In this document: positions 13,191 through 27,033 of the stretch, one piece after another
How the letters are laid out: every line of letters starts with the position of its first letter
Position numbering within the stretch: the first letter of the stretch is position 1
Source of the DNA: the human T2T-CHM13v2.0 reference genome, Homo sapiens
Length of the DNA stretch: 64,000 bases
Reading direction: 5' to 3' (one strand)
Assembly: GCF_009914755.1 (NCBI RefSeq)
Contig: NC_060927.1
The notes under the pieces: generated by a model
Seen by the model: the letters and a program-made list of their open reading frames with translations, nothing else
Databases searched by the model: none
What the model was told of the DNA's origin: nothing
Made by a program: the position numbers and the translations under genes

Positions 13191-13940
13191 GTTGACAGAA
13201 TCTTGTGAAAACGAGTCATTGTATAAAAAAGGGAGCGAAGGCCAAAAAACGATCCACACGTTAAGGTAGTGCAGAATCAATATAACATAGAATGTTCATT
13301 CCCCACAAAAAAAAAAATCTGGATCATGTTAAAAAAATTTTCAAAGTATTTTGAATCAAAATGTTATTTATGTCCCTAAAACCACAAATCATGCTAGACT
13401 GAATACTCCCTTCCAAATAAATGCATGCTTATTTAGAGAATCCTGGGTCACCTGCCATACAAGGGATAACAGAAATGAAATGCTTTGTCCTGTCTTTAAA
13501 ATCTAATCATCTAGTGGGAGATAATACAGTATAAGGCATCTGATATTTTCTTTATAAATATCTGGGAGGTGGCTTCCAGAATTGGAGAATTTTACACCAA
13601 TGTAGTAAAACATATATATAACCACAGTTTTAGCTAATACGGTTTCAGTTTTCACTCATGTCGTTTACTCTCTCATCACCATCTCCCCTCCTAGCCAAAA
13701 ATCAACCTAGACATCAATTATGCTTTTCCCCTCACATATTCCATTAGATGTTATCTACTCTATACAGTTAAGCATATTTAGAACATTTAGTTTACCTACG
13801 TATATATAATTCTTAGTAGCTGTGTCTTATCTACCCAGAGATTTAAGGAAGGACAAGGCATCTGTCCTCTTTTCCCAAACCATCTTCTTTATGGCTTTTC
13901 CTCTCAGTCTTCTTTTACTTATTTACCATACGTACTCCCA

Positions 13941-14070
13941 TTGCTTGAGCCCGACAGATCGAGGCTGCCGAGAGCTGTGATTGCACCACAGCACCCCAGC
14001 CTGAGCAACAGAGTGAGACTCTGTCAAAAAAAAAAAACAAAAAAAAAAAACCCAAAACAAAAACAAAAAC
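13941..14070 (+). mobile_element. 5'-truncated AluJ right-arm fragment with A-rich tail
   Basis: TTGCTTGAGCCC...GAGGCTGC...CCAGCCTGAGCAACAGAGTGAGACTCTGTC, then poly-A. Confidence 0.88.
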
Positions 14071-14142
14071 ACTTTTTAAGATTTTCATTTACATATGTTT
14101 TAGGTTTCATGTAAGTGTTTTCATAATCGTTTGCCTCTTTCC

Positions 14143-14476
<334 letters not shown>

Positions 14477-14908
14477 TGACAGCTACTAGAAAAACAAACA
14501 AACAAACAAACAAAAACAATCACTTCCTTATTCTTATCCACAGGTTAGATTAAGAGGCATTTCATTGATTGCTTCCCTTATATTCTCTCATGAATTCTCA
14601 AAAGCTACGTATTCAATCCTGTACCTTTTTTAGACTGTTAGTATAAAAGGATGACTTTAAAAAAAAAAATGCCTTAGGTTTGTACTAACAGCTACAACCT
14701 TCTAGCTGAAAAGTTCACTGGGAGATTTACCTCTGTAAACCAAAGGTGTCTAACCCTTCATAGTTGATGAGATGCTTTAATAGTATAATGAAAGTATAGA
14801 TCCTCTCCCCAGGGAAAAATAATCATATGCTGGCAGCATGTTGAAATAGCATCAGGATCTTCACATGCTTTCTGACATTCACCCATGGACCTCAGATTAA
14901 GAATCTCT

Positions 14909-15020
14909 CTAGATGATGGGTTGATAGGTGCAGCAAACCACCATGGCACATTACCTCTGTAATAAAACTGCACATTCTGGACATGTATCCCAGAACTTAA
15001 AGTAAAATAAAAATAGAAAA
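14909..15020 (+). mobile_element. Extremely 5'-truncated L1PA 3' end
   Basis: GATGGGTTGATAGGTGCAGCAAACCACCATGGCACA...CCCAGAACTTAAAGTAAAATAAAAA; degenerate TSD AAGAATCTCT/AAAAATCCCT. Confidence 0.88.
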
Positions 15021-15074
15021 AAAAATCCCTGTTGTAGATCAACCCCATCAGTTATCTTGGGGACTGAATTAAGT

Positions 15075-15300
15075 GTAATGGTTAATTAAGAGTGTGTACT
15101 CAGGATCAAATAAACAAGGACTCAAACCCTATTGTCACTTCTTTCTAGATATATGATCATAGGCAAACTGTATAACCAGTCCTGTGATTAATAGTAGCAT
15201 CTGCATCCTTGGGTCTCTGTAAGAATTAATGAGATATTGCATAGATCAGGACTTAGCATGGTGCCTGGCACATGTGCTTGATCAATGCGAGCTATTGTTC
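15075..15300 (+). mobile_element. MIR
   Basis: TTAAGAGTGTGTACTCAGGATC...CTTAGCATGGTGCCTGGCACATGTGCTTGATCAATG. Confidence 0.65.
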
Positions 15301-15833
15301 TCTTCATAACGCATTTGTATTTAATATCTTAGGTTTTTCAGCAGAAACAGAAGTCAGGGCAAAGAAGCTGGTCTTTGGAGACCTTTGGGGGAAATTGAAG
15401 AGCAATTTCCAGGTCGAGAACTGTGGTGAGAAAGGCCCTTTTGATTTCATTTTGAGGCCCACTGAGGGACTGCTCCGTCTATCCCTCTTGTGAAAGAGGT
15501 CAGGGAGAAAAGAGAACCTTGTCAAAAAACACAAAGAAGCAGAACTTGATCAAAGCGCAGAGAATGTCTCTGCAAAGCTATTGATTAAGATTTAGGATTT
15601 TTTGTTCATTTGCTGTGAAATGCACTCAGAGGAACATTACTAAAACATACTCTCAGCAGTTAAAATTGCCTCTGATTTGATGTTTTCTTGAGTCCTTCTT
15701 TATTTTAGGGAATATTTTATAATATTCTTCACTGTCAAATTATGTAATAAACAACAACAATAATTCAAAATTTAATTTTCTATGCACAATTCTTCCATTG
15801 GTCAAGGAATCGAAAGGACAGTGTAATTCCGAA

Positions 15834-16587
<754 letters not shown>

Positions 16588-17236
16588 GGTTCACAGGGAA
16601 GAATCTGAATTTAGAGTCAGAAGCTCTAGGTGTGAACTTGCTTCTCCCATTTGCTCTCTGTCTTTGCACAATTCACTATGTTCTCTAAGCCTCAGTTTTG
16701 TCCCCTTCGCTCAACCTCCTGAGCCCATATATTTGCTCTAACAGTTGAATGAGATAATGTGAAGGGAAAGGGCCCAGAGAACTGTAAAATGAAATGTAAA
16801 CATAAGGTATTTTAAATTTAATAATATGGAGAGAGTTAATTATTTAGGGATTTTGAATCAGATTCCACGACATTTGTGGAGGCAGAAGGAAATCATCTCC
16901 TTTAAGTATTGCCAATGATGATTATAAATCCTAAAGTTAGGATGCAGTGGGTTGGTAGCTTTTTAAAGCAATTCTTTTTCATACTTTGTTAGGAAAATCA
17001 GTGCTTTTATCTTGACTCTAAGTTCTAAGACCTATTTTTTCAGTTAAAAAAAAAAGACTTTTTAAGTCTATTTAAAAAGTTTAATTGACAACACAGTCTT
17101 AGTGCTGTGTGTCTGTGTGTGTGTGCATTTGGAAAAGAAACACACAAAATTGTCAAGCCTATTTACCCTCACAGAGAAAGAAGGAAAGGAGAGAGACTTG
17201 TTTTGCTTCATTGACTTCACTGGTGTTTCAGTTTTG

Positions 17237-17547
17237 TTTTATTTTCTTTTTTGAGACAGGGTCTTTCTCTGTCACCCAGGCTGGAGTACAGTGATGTCGT
17301 CATAACTCACTGCAGCCTCAAACTCCTAGGCACAAACAATCCTTCTGCCTAAGCCTCCCAAGTAACCAGGATTACAAGCATGTGCCAGTATGCCTGGCTA
17401 ATTTTCTTTCTATTTTTTGTAGAGACAGGGTCTTGCTATGTTGCCCAGGCTAGTCTCTAACTCCTGGCCTCAAGTGATCCTCTCTCCTTGGCCTCCTGTA
17501 TTCCTGGCATTATAAGCATGAGCCTTCTGAGTAGCTGAGACCAGCTA
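17237..17547 (-). mobile_element. AluJ SINE
   Basis: Reverse dimer bounded by a perfect 13-bp TSD TGTTTCAGTTTTG (17224-17236, 17548-17560). Confidence 0.93.
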
Positions 17548-18339
17548 TGTTTCAGTTTTGAACAGAAAGATATGTATTATTTTTGAAATAAAAATCAGTG
17601 TAGATGAAAACAAAATCATGTTATATAAGATAAAGAGCTTTGATTCTCTGTCGACAACAGATAAAGTTAATCTTCTTTGGAAAATGAGCACCATTATTAT
17701 ACATGAGAATTAATATAGACAAACCAATAAATCATAGCTACTTCTCATCAGGGATCCTTGCTCTAGAGAATTGCCTATGTGAGCTACAACTTTACCAAAG
17801 TCAACACCAGCAATCTGGACCGCCTACCCTCGTGACTTTTTGTTTCGGTTCATATTTGACATCCATATTGTTGTTTTTATCTACAGCCTTTTAAAACATG
17901 TGACTTGTCTGTCCACATGGTATCCTGTTGAATTTCAGTTTTAGCCTCTCAGGAGAATTACTGCCTGTTTGGTTGAATTGTTCCCAAGAGCCCCTTAAAT
18001 GAATTTCTGTCACATATCCCTTGAAATCTCTATTTAGATCACATAATCCTAAACATACCCTTGGAATATGATACAAATTCATCTAGGTGTTTTCATGCTA
18101 AGCAGCCACAGAAAGATAGAATCAACTTAATATATTTAGATTATCCTTAAAAATAATACAAGGTATCAAGTGATTTTTAGGGGCTCAAAAAGATACTTAC
18201 TCAAAAAAAAAAAGATAATATCTCCTGCATAGGCCCTTAACAAACTGGCTTTTAGGTCTCTCTTGAAGTGACTAGTCTCTATGGATACACTTCCTGTTTC
18301 AACATACAAGCTGCCCACTTGTGTGCCCTTATATTAATA

Positions 18340-18850
18340 TACGTAATAATTATTGAAAGTGTACCATGTGCAGACACTGTGCTAGGTGCTTGGGTTACAA
18401 TGGTGAAAAGATACAGACATGGCTGCTACCCTTAACGAGCTTGTTATCACTGGGGAGACCTGTTCATCAAATAACCTAATGGAAAAATTAACAGTAGTAA
18501 ATAGCACATAAAGGTGGGAAAAATGATGCTGGAGTGTTTGGGGAAAGTGGCCTAATTGGAGATGTCACAGAGGCTTCTATAATTGAACTGAAACCCAAAA
18601 TATGAAAGAGTGTTAACCAGCCCATAGGAGAGAAGAAGGGTGGATCTTGCAGGTAGATGGAACAGCATTGTTCTGAAACCCTGAGGTAGAAGGTAAAATA
18701 GGACATTCAAGGAGGTCAGAGCAAGCCCAGGTAGCTGGAGATTAGAAAATAAGCAGGTATATAACACAAGATGACGCTGAAGGGGTAGTAGGGTATCAGA
18801 CCTTGCAAAACACAGTAGACCCTGTCACCAATGGTGATCTTTATTCTAAG
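18340..18850 (-). mobile_element. L2 3' fragment
   Basis: TATTGAAAGTGTACCATGTGCAGACACTGTGCTAGGTGCTTGGG is the reverse L2 3' terminus, continuing into purine-rich L2 body. Confidence 0.7.
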
Positions 18851-19001
18851 TGAAACCAAAGTAAGTACCCATTTGATTAGGGTATTTCTCTTCATTGGCT
18901 AAGGTTGTAGGGACTACTTAAAGCATTAAAGCATCACTAGCCTATCTTTAATTTTCTACAGAAGCCAACAGTTAGCATGGAACATTCCTAAGTCTTCAGA
19001 A

Positions 19002-19201
19002 TAGCCACTCTCAATTCTGGGTCTTCACCCTGAGCCCCTGGGAAAATTTACAACAAATTTGATGACAGAGACACCACAGCTACCCCCAACCCCAATTCCT
19101 AGAGATTCTGACTCCACAGATCTAGGGTGGGACATAGCCATCTTTATCTTTTAAACATTCGGCTAGTGATTCTGATGGGCAATAATGTCTGGGAACTATT
19201 G
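19002..19201. mobile_element. MER5-family MITE
   Basis: CCTAGAGATTCTGACTCCACAGATCTAGGGTGGG...GTGATTCTGATG...TGGGAACTATTG. Confidence 0.55.
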
Positions 19202-20138
19202 CATTCAAAATTCAGTTTTGTGTATTCCTCTTTTAATGATAGATATTATCAACCTCAGTGAAGTAGATAATATTATTGGTCATTTTTGAAAATTATTTAA
19301 TGAAGAGGAAAGTTTACAGCAAGATCTTCCTCTCCTGATATCAGTGGGATTTCTGATCATTCATTTTTTTTTTTTACATTTTTGGGGTCTTCTGTATTAA
19401 GAATATTTCTATATGTTCATATTCCTTCTTTTGCTTTCCTCCTTGTGAAATTTTCTTTGTAAGTTAATATTCTATTTATTTTGAAACTTAATTAGATCAA
19501 TTATTACAACAAGCTCAGTAAGTCTAGCATTTTCCAATAGTGCTATATTTATCTTGTTTTTCACTCAATAAGAACTTACTGTGATATAATGCTTTCTTGC
19601 AATTGATTTAATTTATACTTTCTGAACACTTCAGAAGTAATATAACAGTGTTTCCCTCTCAGACAAAATTGTTTCCTTGCACTTGGAGATGTTTTCCCTG
19701 TCCATTAGTTCTTTTTCATCCATTAGGCAGAGGAAATGTCTGCACTTCCTTTCATCTTCCCCAGTGAGCCTGTGCCCTCAGTCCCTGATGAACACAGGGC
19801 AAGCTAATGACACCCCATCTTGGTAGCAGCCAGAGGTGGACACTACTTCTAGTGGAGCCACTTAGATATTTCTTGCAGGAGTTTGAACTAGGGATCCAAC
19901 ATATTGAATTAGTTGATTTGGACTACGGAAGTGAGGGTCCATGTAGGGGCTGAAGAGACTATAAATAACCATGGACAGGTGAATGTGTGTGTCATGCTGA
20001 GAAGCCATTTGGGGAGGGGACATCAAAAGAATGAAATGAAAGGGACAGAAAAAGGAGGACATTGAAAGGGTTTGCAGCAGTGATCAAAAAATCTTGTAGC
20101 TAAGGGAGTGGAATCCATAAAAGGAGGGACAAAAACAC

Positions 20139-22627
20139 TTATATGGTTTAGCTGTGTCCCTACCCAAACTCTCATCTTGACTCATAATCCTCACAATCCC
20201 CATGTGTCAAGGGAGAGACCAGGTGGAGGTAATTGAATCATGGGGGTGTTTTCCCCTGTGCTCTTCTTGTGATAGTGAGTTCTCACAAGATCTGATGGTT
20301 TTATAAGTGTTAGGTAGTTCCTCCAGTATTCATTCTCCTTCCTGCCACTTTTTGAAGAAGATCCCTTGCTTCCCCTTTGCCTTCCACCATGATTGTAAGT
20401 TTCCTGAAGCCTCCCCAGCCATGCTGAACTGTGAATCAATTAAAGCTCTTTCCTTTATAAATTACCCAGTCTCAGATATTTCTTATAGCAGTGTGACAAT
20501 GGTCTAATACAGTAAATTGGTACCTAGGTAGTGGGGAAGTGCTAGAAAGATACCTGAAAATGTGGATGTGACTTTGGAACTGGGTAACAGGCAGAGAGGT
20601 TGGAACAGTTTGGAGGGCTCAAAAGACAGGAAGATGTGGGAAAGTTTGGAACTTCCTAGAGTTTGTTGAATGGTTTTGACCAAAAATGCTGATAGTGATA
20701 TAAGCAATGAAGTCCAGGCTGAGGTGGTCTCAGATGGGGATGAGGAACTTCTTGGGAAGTGGAGCAAAGTTCCACATGTCCAGGATGGCACTTCCCACTC
20801 AGAGAATGCCTTTGGTCTCTCCCATTAGATTTTATTATGACCTCTTCATACAGAGCATTTCCAAAAGACAGCTAAGTTACTCTGAAAAATAAACAAGATA
20901 AACAGCCCTAGCTATGCTTTAGCAAAGAGAAGGGCAGCATTTTGCCCCTGCTCTAGAGATCTGTGAACTTTGAACTTGAGAGAGATGACTTAAGGTATCT
21001 AGCAGAAGAAATTTCTAAGCAGCAAAGAGTTCAAGATGTGACTTGGGTGCTCAGTTTTACGTATTCACAAAGAGATGGTTTGGAATTGGAACTAACGTTT
21101 AAAAGGGAAGCAGAGCGTAAAAGTTTGGAAAATTTGCAACCTGACAATGCAATAGAAAGTAAAAACCCATTTTCTGAGGAGAAATTCAAGCTGGCTGCAG
21201 AAATTTGCATAAGTAACCAGGAGCCAAATGTTAATCATCAAAACGATGGAGAAAATGTCTCCAGGCCATGTCAGTGGTCTTCACGGAAGTCCCTCCCATT
21301 ACAGGCCTGGAGGCCTAGGAGGAAAAAATACTTCTGTGGACCAAGTCTAGGGCTTTGCTGCCTTGTGCAGTCTTGGGACTTGGTGTCCTGCATACCAGCT
21401 GTGGCTAAAAGGGGCCAATATACAGCTCAGACCACTGCTTCTGAGGGTGCAAGTCACAAGCCTTGGTGGCTTATTTGTGTTGTTGGGCTTGTAGGTACAC
21501 AAAAGTCAAGAATTGAGGTTTGGAAACCTCTGCCTAGATTTCAGAAGATGTATGGAACTACCTAAATGTCCAGGAGAAGTTTGCTGCAGGGGCAGAACCC
21601 TCATGGAGAACCTCTACTAAGGCAGTGTGGAAGGGAAATGTGGGGTGGGAACCCCCACTTAGAGTCCCCACGGGGGCACTGTCTAGTGGAGCTGAGAGAA
21701 GAGGGCCACCATCCTCCAGACCCCAGAATGGTAGATCCATTGATAGCTTACACCATGCACCTGGGAAAGTCATAGGTACTCAATGCCAGTCCATGAAAGC
21801 AGCCAGGAGGGGGACTTTACCCTACAAAGCCATGGAGACAGAGCTGCCTGAGGCTGTAGGAGCCCACCTCTTGTATAAGCATGACCTGGATGTGAGACAT
21901 GGAGTCAAAGGAGATCATTTGGGGACTTTAATAATGACTGCCCAGGTGTAATTCAGACTGGCATGGAAGCTGTAGCCCTTTTGTTTTGGCTGATTTCTCA
22001 CATTAGCCAAATGTGAGAACAAATGGAAAAAGAACATTTACCCAATGCCGCTACCCCCATTGTATCTTGGAAGTAACTAAATTGCATTTGATTTTGCAGA
22101 TTCCTAGGTGGAAGGGAGACTTGTCTTATCTCAGATGAGGCTTTGGACTTGGGCTTTTGGGTTAATGCTGGAATGAAGTTATACTTTGGGGGACTGTTAG
22201 GAAGGCATGATTGGTTTTGAAATGTGAGGACATGAGATTTGGGAGGGGCCAGGGCAGAATTCTGTGGTTTGGCTGCCTCTCCACCCAAAATCTCATCTTG
22301 AATTGTAATCCCCATAATCATCACGTGTCAAGGGAGAGACCAGGTGGAGGTAATTGAATCATGGGTGCAGTTTCCTCCATGCTGTTCTTGAGATAGTGAG
22401 TTCTCACAAGATTTGATGGTTTTATAAGTGTTTTCTAGTTCCTCCTGCATTCATTTCCCTTCCTGCCACCTTGTGAAAAAGGTGCCTTGCTTCCCCTTCC
22501 ACCATGATTGTAAGTTTCTTGAGGTCTCCCCAGCCATGCTAAATTGTAAGTCAATTAAACCTCTTTCCTTTATAAATTGCCCAGTCTGAGGTAGTTCTTA
22601 ATAGCAATATGAGAACAGACTAATATA
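20139..22627 (+). mobile_element. Near-full-length THE1D provirus (LTR 20139-20511, internal 20512-22259, LTR 22260-22627)
   Basis: Two direct LTRs with GGGAGAGACCAGGTGGAGGTAATTGAATCATGG; internal region begins GTAAATTGGTACC; TSD not recognisable; carries a foreign insert at ~20770-20910. Confidence 0.93.
20773..20895 (+). repeat. Dispersed duplication, copy A (insert in THE1D internal region)
   Basis: Aligns to 23972-24090 with 7 substitutions and one 4-bp indel. Confidence 0.95.
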
Positions 22628-22639
22628 ATAGGTCTATGG

Positions 22640-23030
22640 AATTTTATCACATACACAGAATCGTGTAACCACTAAACAAAATATTTAGCACCTTTAGTAA
22701 AGGTAATACATTCACATGGTTTTAAAAAACAATATTTAAAAAATATTTAATGAAACATTTCAATCCTAACCCCACCCCCAATTTATACTGTTCCCTGTCC
22801 CATTGTCACTTTTACTGTTTTCTTCTGTTGTCCTTCCATTAATTCTCCTTGAAAATACAAAGCAAAATTACCATGTATTATAAACTTCATCCTCCTTATG
22901 TAAAAGTTATCTCACTACATAAATTTTTCTGCACCTATCTTCATTTATCTTGTTGGAGATCATTTTATACCCTCACAAAATGAGCTTCCTAATTCTTTTT
23001 ATAGGTGCATAGTATCCTGTTATATAAACC
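22640..23030 (-). mobile_element. Degraded L1ME-like 3' fragment
   Basis: AAAGGTAATACATTCACATGG...TTTTTATAGGTGCATAGTATCCTGTT. Confidence 0.45.
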
Positions 23031-23971
23031 CTGCACCTTTAACTTGCTTGAGCAATCTTTGAGTGGTTTTTTAAACTTAGAAACTCAAGATACAATATGT
23101 CTCACAAAACAAGAGTCTCAGTAAAGCTCAAAAGAAGGTGTCCAAATGTGGACAGTAAACTCTGGCAAGTTTACCAGATGGTGAGGAGTAAAGTGGCCCC
23201 CTGTCTGGAACTGGGAAAAGTAAAGCAGAGCTAAAAGCAGAAAGTACATCTCTCTGCACTGAAAAGATGGATTTTTTTTTAAGTCAAACAGAAGAGCATC
23301 TGAACTATTTAAGATAATGAGGTCATAACTGAGTTAAAAACTAGCATTGGAGACTCAGCCAATACTCTAAAAACTGTCAGAAGTCTGTCAGATGACTGAC
23401 AACTGGTGCTTATGTGGGAAAGCAAGAAAGAACATCATTTCACTGTCTAGACCAAGTTGAAAGATTGTGTTTCAGAATGATAGCATTGATTGAATGTACA
23501 TATTTTGGGAATATATTTTGTTTTGGTAAGTTTATTCAGTTTTATGTTCTTAGTTTATTTATATTTGTATTCGTAGTTCATTGGTAGATTTATTCAGCTT
23601 TTTAGTCTTAGTTCATTTTATCCTAGTTCTTTTGTATTAATTACTCATTTTTATATCATGTTATTTTAGCTTTTGATAAAATGATGAAATATTATATAAG
23701 TATTTGATAAAATGATCACTACAGAAGATCAGGTGTTTTCTTTTGCCCTAATTTAGGAAGAGAGAAATATTTGTAGTTGGAATTTGAAAGGCCAAAGTAA
23801 TAATTACATTAAATCTTAATTCATTAAATAAAACTACTAGAGATAGAGAGGTGTTTATTTCCAGGCCAGTCCAGTGACCTCTAACTGCTTTACAGACTCC
23901 AACAGTTCCCGAGAAAGGCAGTTAAATTCAGTGACTATTTACTGACCATCTCTTATGTATTAAACACCATA

Positions 23972-24090
23972 CACATGTCCAGAATGGCACTTCCCACTCA
24001 GAGAATGCCTTTGGTCTCTCTCATTCGAATTTATTATGACCTCTTCATACAGAACGTTTCCAACAGCTAAGCTACTCTGAAAAATAAACA
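23972..24090 (+). repeat. Dispersed duplication, copy B (probable donor)
   Basis: CACATGTCCAGAATGGCACTTCCCACTCAGAGAATGCC...CTCTGAAAAATAAACA in otherwise unique sequence. Confidence 0.95.
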
Positions 24091-24494
24091 GTTCATATGC
24101 TAATAGCTGGTAATGACAATGAACTCCCCCAGCTATTTGTCCATTGCCCTTTTCTTTTCTTGTTAATCTTTCTTTTTTTTTTTAATTTTGAATCTTTGTT
24201 CTCTTATTCATAAAAGTTCCAAGAGAATGGAGTACTTGTCTTTTCCATTGTTGTATCCTCAGCATCTAAGACAATGTCTGGTATCGAAGGTGCTAACTAA
24301 ATACCTCTGGATGACTGGGACACAGGAAGCAGTCTCTCCTACAGGAAATACCTCCTGGCCAGAAGTATGGGAGACTGGAATGCTCATCCCCACTTGGACA
24401 TTTGCTAACTATACAAACCAGCAAGGAAATCATTTTCCCTAAGCCTCAGTTTATGCATTGATAAAATGGGGCTAATTATAAAATAAAGTTCAAA

Positions 24495-24730
24495 ATAAGG
24501 GTTCTAGAGCCAAAACACCTAAGTTCTATCCAAGTTCTACTACTAACTGTCCATGTGTGACCTTAGCCAACTTGAACCTCTGCGTCTCAGTTTTCTCATT
24601 TTTAAAATGGGAAAAATATTAGTAATCTACCTCATAGGATTGTTGTGATGACTACATATTTTTTTCAAAGAAGTATATGTCAAGGTGCCTGGTACATAAA
24701 AAATGCTCAATAAATATGACCCACTTCTAT
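24495..24730 (+). mobile_element. MIR
   Basis: TGTGTGACCTTAGCCAAC...CTCAGTTTTCTCATTTTTAAAATGGG...CTACCTCATAGGATTGTTGTGA...GTGCCTGGTACATA...CTCAATAAAT. Confidence 0.8.
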
Positions 24731-25075
24731 TATCAGCATTATTGTGAGAAATCAATGAGATGTCATGAATGAAAGTACTTTTACTGTATAAAAAGCTACA
24801 CAGATAAATATTTCCAGATTTCCATGTTACCCTGTCAAGGACAAACATTTGTCTTCTAGCAGGAGGCTTCTAGAACCACATTGCTTTTAATCGAATTTAT
24901 AGATATAATAAAGATCCTTCCAAATGATGGGATAGTGATAAAGGCAGATTTTACAAAGGAGGAGCTTTTGGTTGACCATAACATAACACTTCAAAAATTA
25001 GCCATTTACTCTGCCTAAAGAGGAAACAAAACAATGATTTTTGGCCCAATTGTCCTTGTTATGAAAATTCTTTTT

Positions 25076-25375
25076 GGTTTTTTTTGAGACAGAGTGTCAC
25101 TCTGTCACCCAGGCTGGAGTGCAGTAGCGTGATCTCAGCTCACTGCAAGCTCTGCCTGCCAGGTTCACGCCATTCTCCCGCCTCAGCCTCTCAGCCTCCC
25201 GAGTAGCTGAAACTACAGGCGCCCACCACCACGTCCAGCTAATTTTTTTGTATTTTTAGTAGAGACGGGGTTTCACTGTGTTAGCCGGGATGGTCTTGAT
25301 CTCCTGACCTCGTGATCCGCCCGCCTTTGCCTCCCAAAGTGCTGGGATTACAGGCGTGAACCACCGTGCCCGGCC
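25076..25375 (-). mobile_element. AluY SINE
   Basis: CACTGCAAGCTC, TTCACGCCATTCTCC and TTAGCCGGGATGGTC diagnostics; internal CTCAGCCT duplication; degenerate TSD TGAAAA(TT)CTTTTT. Confidence 0.95.
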
Positions 25376-26615
25376 TGAAAACTTTTTAGAAGGATTAAAA
25401 ATATGTCACAAAGAGGCAAATTTATTAAAGGAAGCCACTGATTTGCTGACATGTATTCGAAAAGCAGCCAGGAAACCGCAGCCCTTTTCCTTATCAAAAA
25501 AAAATTAAGAGAAAAATAAAAGCTTTTTATTTACTTGTGTTACACTGGAAATATACTCACTAGAATTTCAAATATTAGTACTGCACCCACCATACAGTGC
25601 TTGCTTAACAAAAGTAGACATTACATTAGTGGAAATTGAAGTGTAGTAATAGTTTTATCCACAAAGAGTAAGGCAGAGCTATTTGAAAATGATAGAAATC
25701 TGAAATTGGATATTTAAATGTGGGAAAATGAAGGTGTCTAAAAGCATGTGAAAGTATTCTAACCATATTTTCATCCTGTTGCATATTAAAATAGAAAATA
25801 CACAATAGCTGTGTGATTTAAATGATATATACTTGATATGAAAAAATGTAAAGGAGAAGGTTGCATACAGAAGAAATCATCCAAAATTCAAAATACTAGA
25901 AGGTTTTATTTGTTAAAGCCCAGGTTAATACAAACAAATTTGTAAAGTAAGTACAGTGAGAAATCTTCTTCGTAAAGTTTTCTTTATATTTGAACCTAGC
26001 AAAAGGTCTTTCTGGCTATAATTTTACCTTTCTAGTATGGCTATATTTTTCAGTATGGAAGATTTTTCTAAATAATCTGAATGAGGGGTGTGATTTGAAT
26101 CTGTATCATGTTCTATGCCCACCTCCCATCTTGGGATATTGAGATGCTCAAAAAGTTTGCAGATGTTATTTTATTCCTGGAAGTTGTACTAATAAGTGAT
26201 AGCCATTCCTATGGTACCTAGGAAATGAGATAAATTCTTTACCATTGTTTCAGACTATTATGTTCAAACAGCCACTGAAATATAATAGAAAAATACTTAA
26301 TTACTTAGAGAAGCTAAAGAGTGATTTGGCAAGGTCAGAGTTTTAAAATGGAGAAATAAGCAAATAAAATTCTTTTTAATGCTAGTTAATTATTTGGTCA
26401 GTTGGTAAGAGGAAGTAAAAGTGAAGTTATCAAGGAAAATGTTGTCCAAGGAAGGTTTATATAGTTGTTTAGTTGGGTGTTTTCATTTTTCGTGTGTGTT
26501 TTAGTGGGCCAGGCAAAAGGTCACCCCAGTAGACCACATAGTAGCTGTTTTTATCAGGATAGCTCCATTTTACCTCTCCTCCTGCAAACTGCAGTAAAAA
26601 TAGAATATGAAATAA

Positions 26616-27033
26616 TGTATTAGTTCCCTAGGATGGCCAAAACTAAGTACCACAGATTGGGTGGCTTAGCACAACAAAAATCTACTTTCCTTAAGTTCTA
26701 GAAGCTGGAAGTCTAAAATCAATGTGTCTGCAGTGTCTCTGGGTAGCATCCTTCCTTGTCTCTTTCTAGCTTCACCAATCCTCATTATTCCTTGTCTTTC
26801 AGGTGCATAACTCTAGTTTCTCACTCTGTTGTCACATGGTGTTTTTCCCATATGTTTTTTTTCCCCCGATGTTTTCTTGTTACATAGCCACCAGTCATAT
26901 TGGATTACAGCTCACCCTAATGACCTCATCTTAATGCAATTATATTTTTAATAACACTATTTCCAAGTAAAGTAATATATAATATATGACTATATATAAA
27001 TGGCTATATATATATGACTATATATGACTATAT

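Noticed and set aside
15342-15425. Possible 84-bp exon (TTTTTCAG|...TGTG|GTGAG)
   Set aside because: The splice-like ends are plausible, but the translation is unrecognisable and no partner exons can be supported; needs transcript data
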